From: Escherichia coli
Lineage (GTDB): Bacteria > Pseudomonadota > Gammaproteobacteria > Enterobacterales > Enterobacteriaceae
Direction: 5' to 3' (one strand)
Length of the DNA stretch: 64,000 nucleotides
Assembly: GCF_003018255.1 (NCBI RefSeq)
Contig: NZ_CP027440.1
Shown here piece after piece: positions 27,849-37,731 of this stretch (within the stretch, counting starts at the first letter, position 1; each line of letters opens with the position of its first letter). The translations under genes and the position numbers were made by a program. A model generated the notes under the pieces. It saw only the letters and a program-made list of their open reading frames with translations. It was not told the origin of the DNA and searched no databases.

Positions 27849-28804
27849 AGCTGAGCGGTAAAGAATTGAGCGCCGTCGCGAAGAGCCTCGTCGGCGGTTT
27901 TCATCATCCGTGAATAATGCAAAAAGGCGTGCAGCGTGCCTGGGTAGAGTTTGAACTCACAGGGCTGCTGATGCGCCGCTAACGTCTGGTAAAGCAGACG
28001 GCTGTCATCCAGCAGCGGATCGAACTCCGCCCCGGCAATAAAACAGGGCGGAACTTCGCGAGTGAGATCATTATTAAACAGGCAGTAATACGGCGACTCG
28101 CGGTCCGCGTCGTTACTTAAATACGCCTCTTCATACATCTGTAAATCCTGTTGCGTTAAGCCATCCCAGACACCGCCCAACAGACGACGAGTCACGGAAT
28201 CCCGTAATCCGTAAAGCCCATACCACAGCAAAACGCCCGCAACTTTACCGCAATCGATCTGTTTATCACGCAACCACAACGCACTGGCGAGCGCCAGCAT
28301 GGCACCTGCGGAATCACCGGCAAAGCCAATGCGGGACATATTGATTTGATAATCTTCCGCCTGCTGGTGGAAATAACAACAGGCAGCCACAATTTCCTCT
28401 ATCGCTTGCGGAAAACACGCTTCAGGTGAAAGGGTGTAATCAATGCCAATCACCGTACATTGGCTGTAGCTTGCCAGCAGGCGCATGATGCGATCGTGGG
28501 TATCAAGATTGCCGAGAATAAAACCGCCGCCATGCAAATAAAATAGCGTCGCCGGGCTATCTGGCTGCGGACAAAAGAGACGTGTTTCCACCTGCCCATA
28601 TTTTGTTGGAACCATGTAAGCTCTGGTTGCCATTTCTGGAGCGCCCGCATTCCAGAATCGGCGCTCAAGCGTGTAATGCTGTCGTTGCTCAGCAATCGTT
28701 CCCGTTGCGGGCCAGGGCGGTAAATCCGGCTGAAGAGTATTCACAACGGTCTTCATTTCAGCAGAAATAAGGTCCAGAACGGGTAATTTGTTTTCCGGCT
28801 TCAT
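27845..28804 (-). CDS. aes: Acetyl esterase (alpha/beta hydrolase, HSL family)
   Basis: 319-aa product with HGGGF oxyanion motif and GDSAG catalytic serine motif. Confidence 0.95.
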
Positions 28805-28955
28805 GCAAAAACTCCTTTCAAATTACGTCATTGTAAGGAACCACTGCCATGAAAATGCGATCCCGCCTGCTGATATTGAAACTGGCTGCGTCTCGCGCGC
28901 TCCCGTCAGATTGTGTTAACATTCGCCGCTCAGTTAACCACCCGTAAAAACAACC

Positions 28956-30260
28956 ATGAAATTTCCCGGTAAACGTAAATCCAAACATTACTTCCCCGTA
29001 AATGCACGCGATCCGCTGCTTCAGCAATTCCAGCCAGAAAACGAAACCAGCGCTGCCTGGGTAGTGGGTATCGATCAAACGCTGGTCGATATTGAAGCGA
29101 AAGTGGATGATGAATTCATTGAGCGTTATGGATTAAGCGCCGGGCATTCACTGGTGATTGAGGATGACGTTGCCGAAGCGCTTTATCAGGAACTAAAACA
29201 GAAAAACCTGATTACCCATCAGTTTGCGGGTGGCACCATTGGTAACACCATGCACAACTACTCGGTGCTCGCGGACGACCGTTCGGTGCTGCTGGGCGTC
29301 ATGTGCAGCAATATTGAAATTGGCAGCTATGCCTATCGTTACCTGTGTAACACCTCCAGCCGTACCGATCTTAACTATCTACAAGGCGTGGATGGCCCGA
29401 TTGGTCGTTGCTTTACGCTGATTGGCGAGTCCGGGGAACGTACCTTTGCTATCAGCCCTGGCCACATGAACCAGCTGCGGGCTGAAAGTATTCCGGAAGA
29501 TGTGATTGCCGGAGCCTCGGCACTGGTTCTCACCTCTTATCTGGTGCGTTGCAAGCCGGGTGAACCCATGCCGGAAGCAACCATGAAAGCTATTGAGTAC
29601 GCGAAGAAATATAACGTACCGGTGGTGCTGACGCTGGGCACCAAGTTTGTCATTGCCGAGAATCCGCAGTGGTGGCAGCAATTCCTCAAAGACCACGTCT
29701 CTATCCTTGCGATGAACGAAGATGAAGCCGAAGCGTTGACCGGAGAAAGCGATCCGTTGTTGGCATCTGACAAGGCGCTGGACTGGGTTGATCTGGTGCT
29801 GTGTACCGCAGGGCCAATCGGCTTGTATATGGCGGGCTTTACCGAAGACGAAGCGAAACGTAAAACCCAGCATCCGCTGCTGCCGGGTGCTATAGCGGAA
29901 TTTAACCAGTATGAGTTTAGCCGCGCCATGCGCCACAAGGATTGCCAGAATCCGCTGCGTGTCTATTCGCACATTGCGCCGTACATGGGCGGGCCGGAAA
30001 AAATCATGAACACTAATGGAGCAGGGGATGGCGCACTGGCAGCGTTGCTGCATGACATTACCGCCAACAGCTACCACCGTAGCAACGTACCAAACTCCAG
30101 CAAACATAAATTCACCTGGTTAACTTATTCATCGTTAGCGCAGGTGTGTAAATATGCTAACCGTGTGAGCTATCAGGTACTGAACCAGCATTCACCTCGT
30201 TTAACGCGCGGCTTGCCGGAGCGTGAAGACAGCCTGGAAGAGTCTTACTGGGATCGTTAA
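28956..30260 (+). CDS. gsk: Inosine-guanosine kinase
   Basis: 434-aa PfkB-family product at the conserved position. Confidence 0.93.
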   Translation: MKFPGKRKSKHYFPVNARDPLLQQFQPENETSAAWVVGIDQTLVDIEAKVDDEFIERYGLSAGHSLVIEDDVAEALYQELKQKNLITHQFAGGTIGNTMHNYSVLADDRSVLLGVMCSNIEIGSYAYRYLCNTSSRTDLNYLQGVDGPIGRCFTLIGESGERTFAISPGHMNQLRAESIPEDVIAGASALVLTSYLVRCKPGEPMPEATMKAIEYAKKYNVPVVLTLGTKFVIAENPQWWQQFLKDHVSILAMNEDEAEALTGESDPLLASDKALDWVDLVLCTAGPIGLYMAGFTEDEAKRKTQHPLLPGAIAEFNQYEFSRAMRHKDCQNPLRVYSHIAPYMGGPEKIMNTNGAGDGALAALLHDITANSYHRSNVPNSSKHKFTWLTYSSLAQVCKYANRVSYQVLNQHSPRLTRGLPEREDSLEESYWDR

Positions 30261-30274
30261 GTTATCGACCAGAC

Positions 30275-30333
30275 CGGACGACGATGGCATCCGTAGGCCG
30301 GATAAGATGCGTCAGCATCGCATCCGGCAATGG
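30275..30333. repeat. REP-like palindromic element between gsk and ybaL
   Basis: ggcatccgtaggccggataagatgcgtcagcatcgcatccggc. Confidence 0.6.
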
Positions 30334-30343
30334 AATCAATGTT

Positions 30344-32020
30344 TTACCCCGTCACCACCTCACCCGCCGGTGGCGTTTCCAGCAGTTCCAGCATAGTACG
30401 AGCAATTTCACGCTCACCCATCACTACCTGATTCGCACCACGTTCGGTGATATACGCCACTTCATCGTCATAATGGGCGCGGGCAATAATCTCAATATCC
30501 GGATTTTTCGCGCGGGCAGATGCCACAATCTCGCCCGCTTCATAACCGTTGGGAATCGTCAGGATCAGCCATTTTGCACATTCCAGATGCGCCAGTTGCA
30601 TAATTTCTTCGTTCGCCGCATTGCCCAATACTGCGCGGACCCCGCGCTCTCGCAGTTCATCAACACGGGTTCGTGACGTCTCAATCACCACCAGCGGAAT
30701 ATCAGAGGCGAGCAATTTCTCCCCCAGCAGGCTGCCTACACGACCGTAACCTACCAGTAGCGCATGGTTGCAAATATCCACTGGGATCTGCTTCTCTTCT
30801 TCGATAGCCTCTTCCAGCGTCTGCTCTTCCAGCGTTTCGGTCTTCGCCAGATATTTCTCCAGCAGCGCAAACAGGACCGGGTTGAGCATAATCGACAAAA
30901 TCGCCCCTGCCAGTACCAGGTTCTGCCCGGCTTGCGGCAATAGATCCAGCGCCATGCCCAGTCCCGCCAGGATAAACGCGAACTCACCAATTTGCGCCAG
31001 GCTGGCGGCGATAGTTAATGCCGTACGTTGGGAGTGACCAAACAGTCGCACCAGGAAAAACGCGGCTAACGACTTACCAAACAGAATAATCGCCAGCGTC
31101 GCCAGCACTGCCAGCGGTTGCTGAATCAGAATTAACGGATCAAACAACATCCCGACGGAGACAAAAAACAGCACCGCAAACGCGTCGCGCAATGGCAGCG
31201 TATCGTGGGCGGCACGGTGACTCAGTTCAGACTCGTTCAGTACCATCCCGGCAAAGAACGCACCGAGTGCAAAGGAGACATCAAACAGCTCCACCGCACC
31301 AAAGGCAATCCCTAACGCCAGTGCCAGCACCGACAGGGTAAACAGCTCACGGGAACCGGTTGCTGCGCTACGTGCCATAATCCACGGCACCAGACGGCGA
31401 CCTACCAGCATCATAATGGCGATAAATGCGATCACCTTGCCGATGGTGATCCCCATATCGACAGCAAGAGTGGCAAAGCCCACATCGCCTTGTTCCATCA
31501 TTCCTGCCACTGCGGGCAGCAACACCAGCGTCAGAACCATGACCAGGTCTTCCACAATCAACCAACCGATGGCGATTTGCCCACGCTGACTGTCAATTAA
31601 TTGCCGTTCTTCAAGTGCGCGCAGTAACACCACGGTACTGGCGGTGGAAAGACATAAACCGAACACGATACCGGTCATTAACGACCAACCCAGCACGGCG
31701 GAGAGCGCCATACCCAGCAGCGTAGCCACGGCTATCTGGGCGATCGCGCCGGGAATGGCGATGGCCTTTACCGCCATCAAATCCTTGAGCGAAAAGTGCA
31801 AACCGACGCCAAACATCAACAGAATGACGCCCAGTTCAGCCAGTTCCGGCGCAAGCTTGGTATCGGCAACAAAGCCCGGAGTGAATGGTCCTGCCAGCAC
31901 ACCCGCTAACAGATATCCCACCAGAGGAGAAATACGTAGTTTATTGGCCAGCATGCCGAGGATAAAGGCGAGCACAAGGCCGCCAACAATGGTGGTGATA
32001 AGCGGGGTGGCGTGATGCAT
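30344..32020 (-). CDS. ybaL: CPA2-family cation/proton antiporter with C-terminal TrkA-N (KTN) domain
   Basis: 558-aa polytopic product with C-terminal Rossmann GYGRVG motif. Confidence 0.9.
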   Translation of the reverse strand: MHHATPLITTIVGGLVLAFILGMLANKLRISPLVGYLLAGVLAGPFTPGFVADTKLAPELAELGVILLMFGVGLHFSLKDLMAVKAIAIPGAIAQIAVATLLGMALSAVLGWSLMTGIVFGLCLSTASTVVLLRALEERQLIDSQRGQIAIGWLIVEDLVMVLTLVLLPAVAGMMEQGDVGFATLAVDMGITIGKVIAFIAIMMLVGRRLVPWIMARSAATGSRELFTLSVLALALGIAFGAVELFDVSFALGAFFAGMVLNESELSHRAAHDTLPLRDAFAVLFFVSVGMLFDPLILIQQPLAVLATLAIILFGKSLAAFFLVRLFGHSQRTALTIAASLAQIGEFAFILAGLGMALDLLPQAGQNLVLAGAILSIMLNPVLFALLEKYLAKTETLEEQTLEEAIEEEKQIPVDICNHALLVGYGRVGSLLGEKLLASDIPLVVIETSRTRVDELRERGVRAVLGNAANEEIMQLAHLECAKWLILTIPNGYEAGEIVASARAKNPDIEIIARAHYDDEVAYITERGANQVVMGEREIARTMLELLETPPAGEVVTG

Positions 32021-32257
32021 TCCGTCTCCTTTTCCTGGTGGTTATTGTCCATTTTTGGCCGGGAAAACCAAAATTACAGGTAATAGTTTATGACAATTTC
32101 ATTGATGATGTTTATGAATAATTGTTGAATTTTGCAGAAAAATGGAATTAGCTGCAAAAAAAGCACGGATCGGAAAACTGAAGGCGGTTTAACAGAGGAA
32201 AGGCTTATAGCGACTGTAAAACGATGCAGCCAAAGTTTGCCTTTGGCTGCAATGAAA

Positions 32258-33478
32258 TCAGTCTTTATGCCGGTTATCAGGCAGGAATATGGTCAACATC
32301 CCCAATAGTGGCAGGAAAGCACAGATTTTATAGACTAACTCTATGCTGGTGTGGTCGGCGATAAGCCCCAGAACTGCCGCCCCCAGACCTCCCATGCCAA
32401 AAGCAAAACCGAAAAAGAGTCCAGAAACCATACCGATACGTCCCGGAAGTAGCTCCTGAGCGTAGACCAGAATGGCAGAGAATGCCGAAGCGAGGATAAA
32501 TCCAATAATCACCGTTAAAACCCCCGTCCAGTGCAGGCTGGCGTAGGGTAAAATCAGCGTAAACGGCGCAACGCCGAGGATAGAGCCCCAAATCACATAT
32601 TTTCGCCCAATTTTATCCCCTACAGGCCCGCCGATCACCGTACCTGCCGCAACGGCAAACAGGAAGGCAAACAGATGAAGCTGGGCATTCTGGATAGATA
32701 ATCCGAATTTTTGCATCAGATAAAAGGTGTAATAGCTGCTGATGCTCGCCATATAGAAATATTTCGAGAAAATGAGGATTAACAGAATGCTGACCGCCAG
32801 TACCACTTTGTTGCGCGGCAGTGGATTGATAATCGTCGCTTTGGGTTTTCCTTTATTCATTCGGTGCTGTGCCGAGTACCAACGGCTAATTTGCGCCAGC
32901 ACCACGATCGCCAGCAGTGCCGCAAGCACAAACCAGGCAACGTTGCCTTTGCCATAAGGCGCGATAATCACCGCCGCCAGCAAGGGGCCCAGGGAACTGC
33001 CAAAGTTGCCGCCGACCTGAAAGATAGATTGTGCCAGGCCATGCCGCCCGCCGGACGCCATACGGGCCACGCGAGAAGATTCCGGATGAAAGACCGATGA
33101 ACCGGTACCGACCAGCGCCGCCGCCAGCAGAACTGCGCCAAAACTGCCCGCCAGCGCAAGCAGCACCAGACCACTTAAGGTAAAGCACATGCCAATTGGC
33201 AACGACCACGGCATCGGATATTTATCGGTCCAGTAACCGACCACCGGTTGCAGTAGCGAAGAGGCGAGCTGGAAGGTGAGGGTTATCATGCCAATCTGCA
33301 TAAATGTCAGAGAAAACTCTGACTGAAGCAGCGGATAAATCGCCAGAATCAGCGATTGGATCATGTCGTTCAGCAGATGTGAGAGGCTGATAGCACCTAA
33401 AATACCAAACGATGTTCGGGCCTTGGTCGTTGACGCAGCCGCGCCCGCCACAGGCTGGGTTTGTTCACTCATTGCCAT
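32258..33478 (-). CDS. fsr: Fosmidomycin resistance MFS transporter
   Basis: 406-aa 12-TM MFS product. Confidence 0.9.
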   Translation of the reverse strand: MAMSEQTQPVAGAAASTTKARTSFGILGAISLSHLLNDMIQSLILAIYPLLQSEFSLTFMQIGMITLTFQLASSLLQPVVGYWTDKYPMPWSLPIGMCFTLSGLVLLALAGSFGAVLLAAALVGTGSSVFHPESSRVARMASGGRHGLAQSIFQVGGNFGSSLGPLLAAVIIAPYGKGNVAWFVLAALLAIVVLAQISRWYSAQHRMNKGKPKATIINPLPRNKVVLAVSILLILIFSKYFYMASISSYYTFYLMQKFGLSIQNAQLHLFAFLFAVAAGTVIGGPVGDKIGRKYVIWGSILGVAPFTLILPYASLHWTGVLTVIIGFILASAFSAILVYAQELLPGRIGMVSGLFFGFAFGMGGLGAAVLGLIADHTSIELVYKICAFLPLLGMLTIFLPDNRHKD

Positions 33479-33695
33479 AGGAAAGTCACTTTTTCAGGGT
33501 TGCGATGTAAAGAATGATCTTATTTGTGATTATTACCCGACTAACATACCTGTATGCGTCGCCTGAAGGAAGTCTCAACGCTGAATACAGAATTTCTAAT
33601 CTGGATGCAGATTTATCTTCACCGGACGCAGACTTGTCTATGATGTCGCGTCATACTATTTTTCAACACGTTGAAATCAGGTCAGGGAGAGAAGT

Positions 33696-35348
33696 ATGAA
33701 ATTATTGCAGCGGGGCGTGGCGTTAGCACTGTTAACCACATTTACACTGGCGAGTGAAGCTGCTCTGGCGTATGAGCAGGATAAAACCTACAAAATTACA
33801 GTTCTGCATACCAATGATCATCATGGGCATTTTTGGCGCAATGAATATGGCGAATATGGTCTGGCGGCGCAAAAAACGCTGGTGGATGGTATCCGCAAAG
33901 AGGTTGCGGCTGAAGGCGGTAGCGTGCTGCTACTTTCCGGTGGCGACATTAACACTGGCGTGCCCGAGTCTGACTTACAGGATGCCGAACCTGATTTTCG
34001 CGGCATGAATCTGGTGGGCTACGATGCGATGGCAATCGGTAATCATGAATTTGATAACCCGCTCACCGTATTACGCCAGCAGGAAAAGTGGGCAAAGTTC
34101 CCGTTACTTTCTGCCAATATCTACCAGAAAAGTACCGGCGAGCGCCTGTTTAAACCATGGGCGCTGTTTAAGCGTCAGGATCTGAAAATTGCCGTTATTG
34201 GCCTGACGACGGATGACACAGCGAAGTTAGGCAACCCAGAAAACTTCACCGATATTGAGTTCCGTAAGCCCGCCGATGAAGCGAAGCTGGTGATTCAGGA
34301 GCTGCAACAGACAGAAAAGCCAGACATTATTATCGCGGCGACCCATATGGGGCATTACGACAATGGTGAGCACGGCTCTAATGCACCGGGCGATGTGGAG
34401 ATGGCACGCGCGCTGCCTGCCGGATCGCTGGCGATGATCGTCGGTGGTCACTCGCAAGATCCGGTCTGCATGGCGGCAGAAAACAAAAAACAGGTCGATT
34501 ACGTGCCGGGTACGCCATGTAAACCGGATCAACAAAACGGCATCTGGATTGTGCAGGCGCATGAGTGGGGCAAATACGTGGGGCGGGCCGACTTTGAGTT
34601 TCGTAATGGCGAAATGAAAATGGTTAACTACCAGCTGATTCCGGTGAACCTGAAGAAGAAAGTGACCTGGGAAGACGGGAAAAGCGAGCGTGTGCTTTAT
34701 ACCCCTGAAATCGCTGAAAACCAGCAAATGATCTCGCTGTTATCGCCGTTCCAGAACAAAGGCAAAGCGCAGCTGGAAGTGAAAATAGGCGAAACCAATG
34801 GTCGTCTGGAAGGCGATCGTGACAAAGTACGTTTTGTACAGACCAATATGGGGCGGTTGATTCTGGCAGCACAAATGGATCGCACTGGTGCCGACTTTGC
34901 GGTGATGAGCGGAGGCGGAATTCGTGATTCTATCGAAGCAGGTGATATCAGCTATAAAAACGTACTGAAAGTGCAGCCATTCGGCAATGTGGTGGTGTAT
35001 GCCGACATGACCGGTAAAGAGGTGATTGATTACCTGACCGCCGTCGCACAAATGAAGCCAGATTCAGGTGCCTACCCGCAATTTGCCAACGTTAGCTTTG
35101 TGGCGAAAGACGGCAAACTCAACGACCTGAAAATCAAAGGCGAACCGGTCGATCCGGCGAAAACTTACCGCATGGCGACATTAAACTTCAATGCCACCGG
35201 CGGGGATGGCTATCCGCGCCTTGATAACAAACCGGGCTATGTGAATACCGGCTTTATTGATGCCGAAGTGCTGAAAGCGTATATCCAGAAAAGCTCGCCG
35301 CTGGATGTGAGTGTTTATGAACCGAAAGGTGAGGTGAGCTGGCAGTAA
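33696..35348 (+). CDS. ushA: UDP-sugar hydrolase / 5'-nucleotidase (periplasmic)
   Basis: 550-aa product with signal peptide and metallophosphoesterase motifs (LHTNDHHGH, GNHEFD). Confidence 0.95.
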   Translation: MKLLQRGVALALLTTFTLASEAALAYEQDKTYKITVLHTNDHHGHFWRNEYGEYGLAAQKTLVDGIRKEVAAEGGSVLLLSGGDINTGVPESDLQDAEPDFRGMNLVGYDAMAIGNHEFDNPLTVLRQQEKWAKFPLLSANIYQKSTGERLFKPWALFKRQDLKIAVIGLTTDDTAKLGNPENFTDIEFRKPADEAKLVIQELQQTEKPDIIIAATHMGHYDNGEHGSNAPGDVEMARALPAGSLAMIVGGHSQDPVCMAAENKKQVDYVPGTPCKPDQQNGIWIVQAHEWGKYVGRADFEFRNGEMKMVNYQLIPVNLKKKVTWEDGKSERVLYTPEIAENQQMISLLSPFQNKGKAQLEVKIGETNGRLEGDRDKVRFVQTNMGRLILAAQMDRTGADFAVMSGGGIRDSIEAGDISYKNVLKVQPFGNVVVYADMTGKEVIDYLTAVAQMKPDSGAYPQFANVSFVAKDGKLNDLKIKGEPVDPAKTYRMATLNFNATGGDGYPRLDNKPGYVNTGFIDAEVLKAYIQKSSPLDVSVYEPKGEVSWQ

Positions 35349-35356
35349 TCCGAAAG

Positions 35357-35380
35357 TGCCGGATGTTCGCATCCGGCACA
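35357..35380. terminator. Bidirectional hairpin terminator between convergent ushA and ybaK
   Basis: gtgccggatgttcgcatccggcac perfect stem-loop. Confidence 0.7.
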
Positions 35381-35384
35381 ATGC

Positions 35385-35879
<495 letters not shown>

Positions 35880-35985
35880 TTAAACAAAAAAACGAAGCAA
35901 GCATACGCCTGATGGCGGTCCAAAAAAAAGAGTCATCTTGCCTAAGAGTATTGGCAGGATGGTGAGATTGAGCGACAATCGAGTT

Positions 35986-36069
35986 ACACCGTCGCTTAAA
36001 GTGACGGCATAATAATAAAAATATGAAATTCCTCTTTGACGGGCCAATAGCGATATTGGCCATTTTTTT
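35986..36069 (+). ncRNA. chiX: sRNA ChiX (MicM/SroB)
   Basis: acaccgtcgcttaaagtgacggcataataataaaaatatgaaattcctctttgacgggccaatagcgatattggccattttttt matches ChiX as recalled; lies between ybaK and ybaP as in K-12. Confidence 0.9.
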
Positions 36070-36862
36070 AGCGCAACATCTGCGGCAAATTCCCTTCTCC
36101 ATACAGGTGTAGTGCACCGACCGCGACCACATATCGCCCCGGCGGCATGGCGCGTAATTTGTCCCGCCAGGCGAGATTTCGCTGATGCATCAGCACATCG
36201 TACAGCGACTGACTGAACGTATTAGGCAGCGTTATTTCATTATTTTGTGGCGGTGTATTCAGCCACCAGCTCATCATTTGTTGCAGCAACCGTGCGTTGG
36301 TGTGCCAGTGGGTCAGCGTATCGTCCAGCAGCGCCAGTCCGTTGTCAGGGAGCTGGAGCAACATGGCAATCTGGTTTTCTGCCCCTTCCAGTTCAATCAC
36401 GGGTTTATGTTGTTGCTTCGCCGCCTGCAATAGCTGGTAATCGATACCGTATTCTGCCCGCAGCCCCAGTTTTTGTGCCTGCGTCGCCTGAAGAACCATC
36501 GCGATTTGCCACAGCGGTTGAGTAGAAAAGAGCGACGGAGAAATGCCCATCTCCTGGCTAATATGCTGCAGATTTTGGAGTTGCTCCTCGCTAATGCGCT
36601 CTTCCAGCGTCTCGCAGGCAGGCAAATTAGCAAAAGGCGTATCGCTGGTGGAAACATCCGCCTCGACGATCAGCGCATCGGCGTTTTTGAGCTTTTTGAG
36701 CAAACGGGTGGGCAGGGGAGCCATATCGTGGCTACCCATATGAATACTGCCAATCAGATGAAAATGGCGATTGCCGGGAAGAGAGATATCGATAGCAGGC
36801 CAGGTGTAATGATTACCGCGCAGCGCGGCCCAAAGCGTTTTTACCCGGTACAACAGATCCAT
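36068..36862 (-). CDS. ybaP: TraB/GumN-family protein YbaP
   Basis: 264-aa ORF at the conserved position. Confidence 0.85.
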   Translation of the reverse strand: MDLLYRVKTLWAALRGNHYTWPAIDISLPGNRHFHLIGSIHMGSHDMAPLPTRLLKKLKNADALIVEADVSTSDTPFANLPACETLEERISEEQLQNLQHISQEMGISPSLFSTQPLWQIAMVLQATQAQKLGLRAEYGIDYQLLQAAKQQHKPVIELEGAENQIAMLLQLPDNGLALLDDTLTHWHTNARLLQQMMSWWLNTPPQNNEITLPNTFSQSLYDVLMHQRNLAWRDKLRAMPPGRYVVAVGALHLYGEGNLPQMLR

Positions 36863-36994
36863 ACGACCTCCCTTTGTGAAATATCATGCTAGCGCGCGGG
36901 GAGGGATGGCGCAAATGGAGTTGATTGTTGCACTTGCGCACAGTGCTTGTGTGCATTACAATGATTAAATAATGGACAAGGAGATGAGAGAGGA

Positions 36995-37297
36995 ATGGCT
37001 CAAAAGAAAAATATAAGGAGTTTTCGTGATGCCTGGTTGGCTGATTTTTTTGTCCATTCAACGCCACATCGAAAGATCCCTGCTGAAATCCATACCACGT
37101 TATCACGAAAGTTGGACATCATTAATGCTGCCACTTCTCATCGGGATTTACGCTCCCCTCCGGGGAACCGATACGAAGAGTTATCCGGGAAATTACAGGA
37201 ATACTCCTCCATTAGAGTGAATAAACAGTACCGACTGATTTTTAAATGGGTTAATGGCAAGGCCGAAGAATTGTTTTTAGACCCACACAACTACTAA
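36995..37297 (+). CDS. HigB/RelE-family type II toxin (putative mRNA interferase)
   Basis: 100-aa product with HigB-like layout (...NRYEELSGKLQEYSSIRVNKQYRLIFKWVNGKAEELFLDPHNY); 35 bp upstream of HTH gene ybaQ. Confidence 0.7.
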   Translation: MAQKKNIRSFRDAWLADFFVHSTPHRKIPAEIHTTLSRKLDIINAATSHRDLRSPPGNRYEELSGKLQEYSSIRVNKQYRLIFKWVNGKAEELFLDPHNY

Positions 37298-37332
37298 AAC
37301 ATAGCTGTCGTATTGACGAGAAAGGTAAAACT

Positions 37333-37674
37333 ATGAAACAGGCAACAAGAAAACCGACGACACCCGGAGATATTCTTCTCTATGAATATCTGGAACCGCT
37401 CGATTTGAAAATCAATGAGTTAGCAGAGTTGCTGCATGTTCATCGTAATAGCGTCAGTGCACTGATCAATAACAATCGTAAACTCACCACTGAGATGGCA
37501 TTCCGTCTGGCGAAAGTTTTTGATACCACAGTCGATTTTTGGCTAAACCTCCAGGCGGCAGTTGATCTTTGGGAAGTTGAAAACAACATGCGTACCCAGG
37601 AAGAATTGGGACGGATTGAAACAGTGGCTGAATATTTGGCACGCCGTGAAGAGCGTGCAAAAAAGGTCGCGTAG
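37333..37674 (+). CDS. ybaQ: HigA-like HTH (XRE-family) DNA-binding protein, candidate antitoxin
   Basis: 113-aa product with HTH (INELAELLHVHRNSVSALINNNRKLTTEMAFRLAKVF). Confidence 0.85.
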   Translation: MKQATRKPTTPGDILLYEYLEPLDLKINELAELLHVHRNSVSALINNNRKLTTEMAFRLAKVFDTTVDFWLNLQAAVDLWEVENNMRTQEELGRIETVAEYLARREERAKKVA

Positions 37675-37731
37675 AATAATTTCCCTATAACGGATGCGCC
37701 ACCCTAAAGCAGTGCATCCGCAATGATGTAC

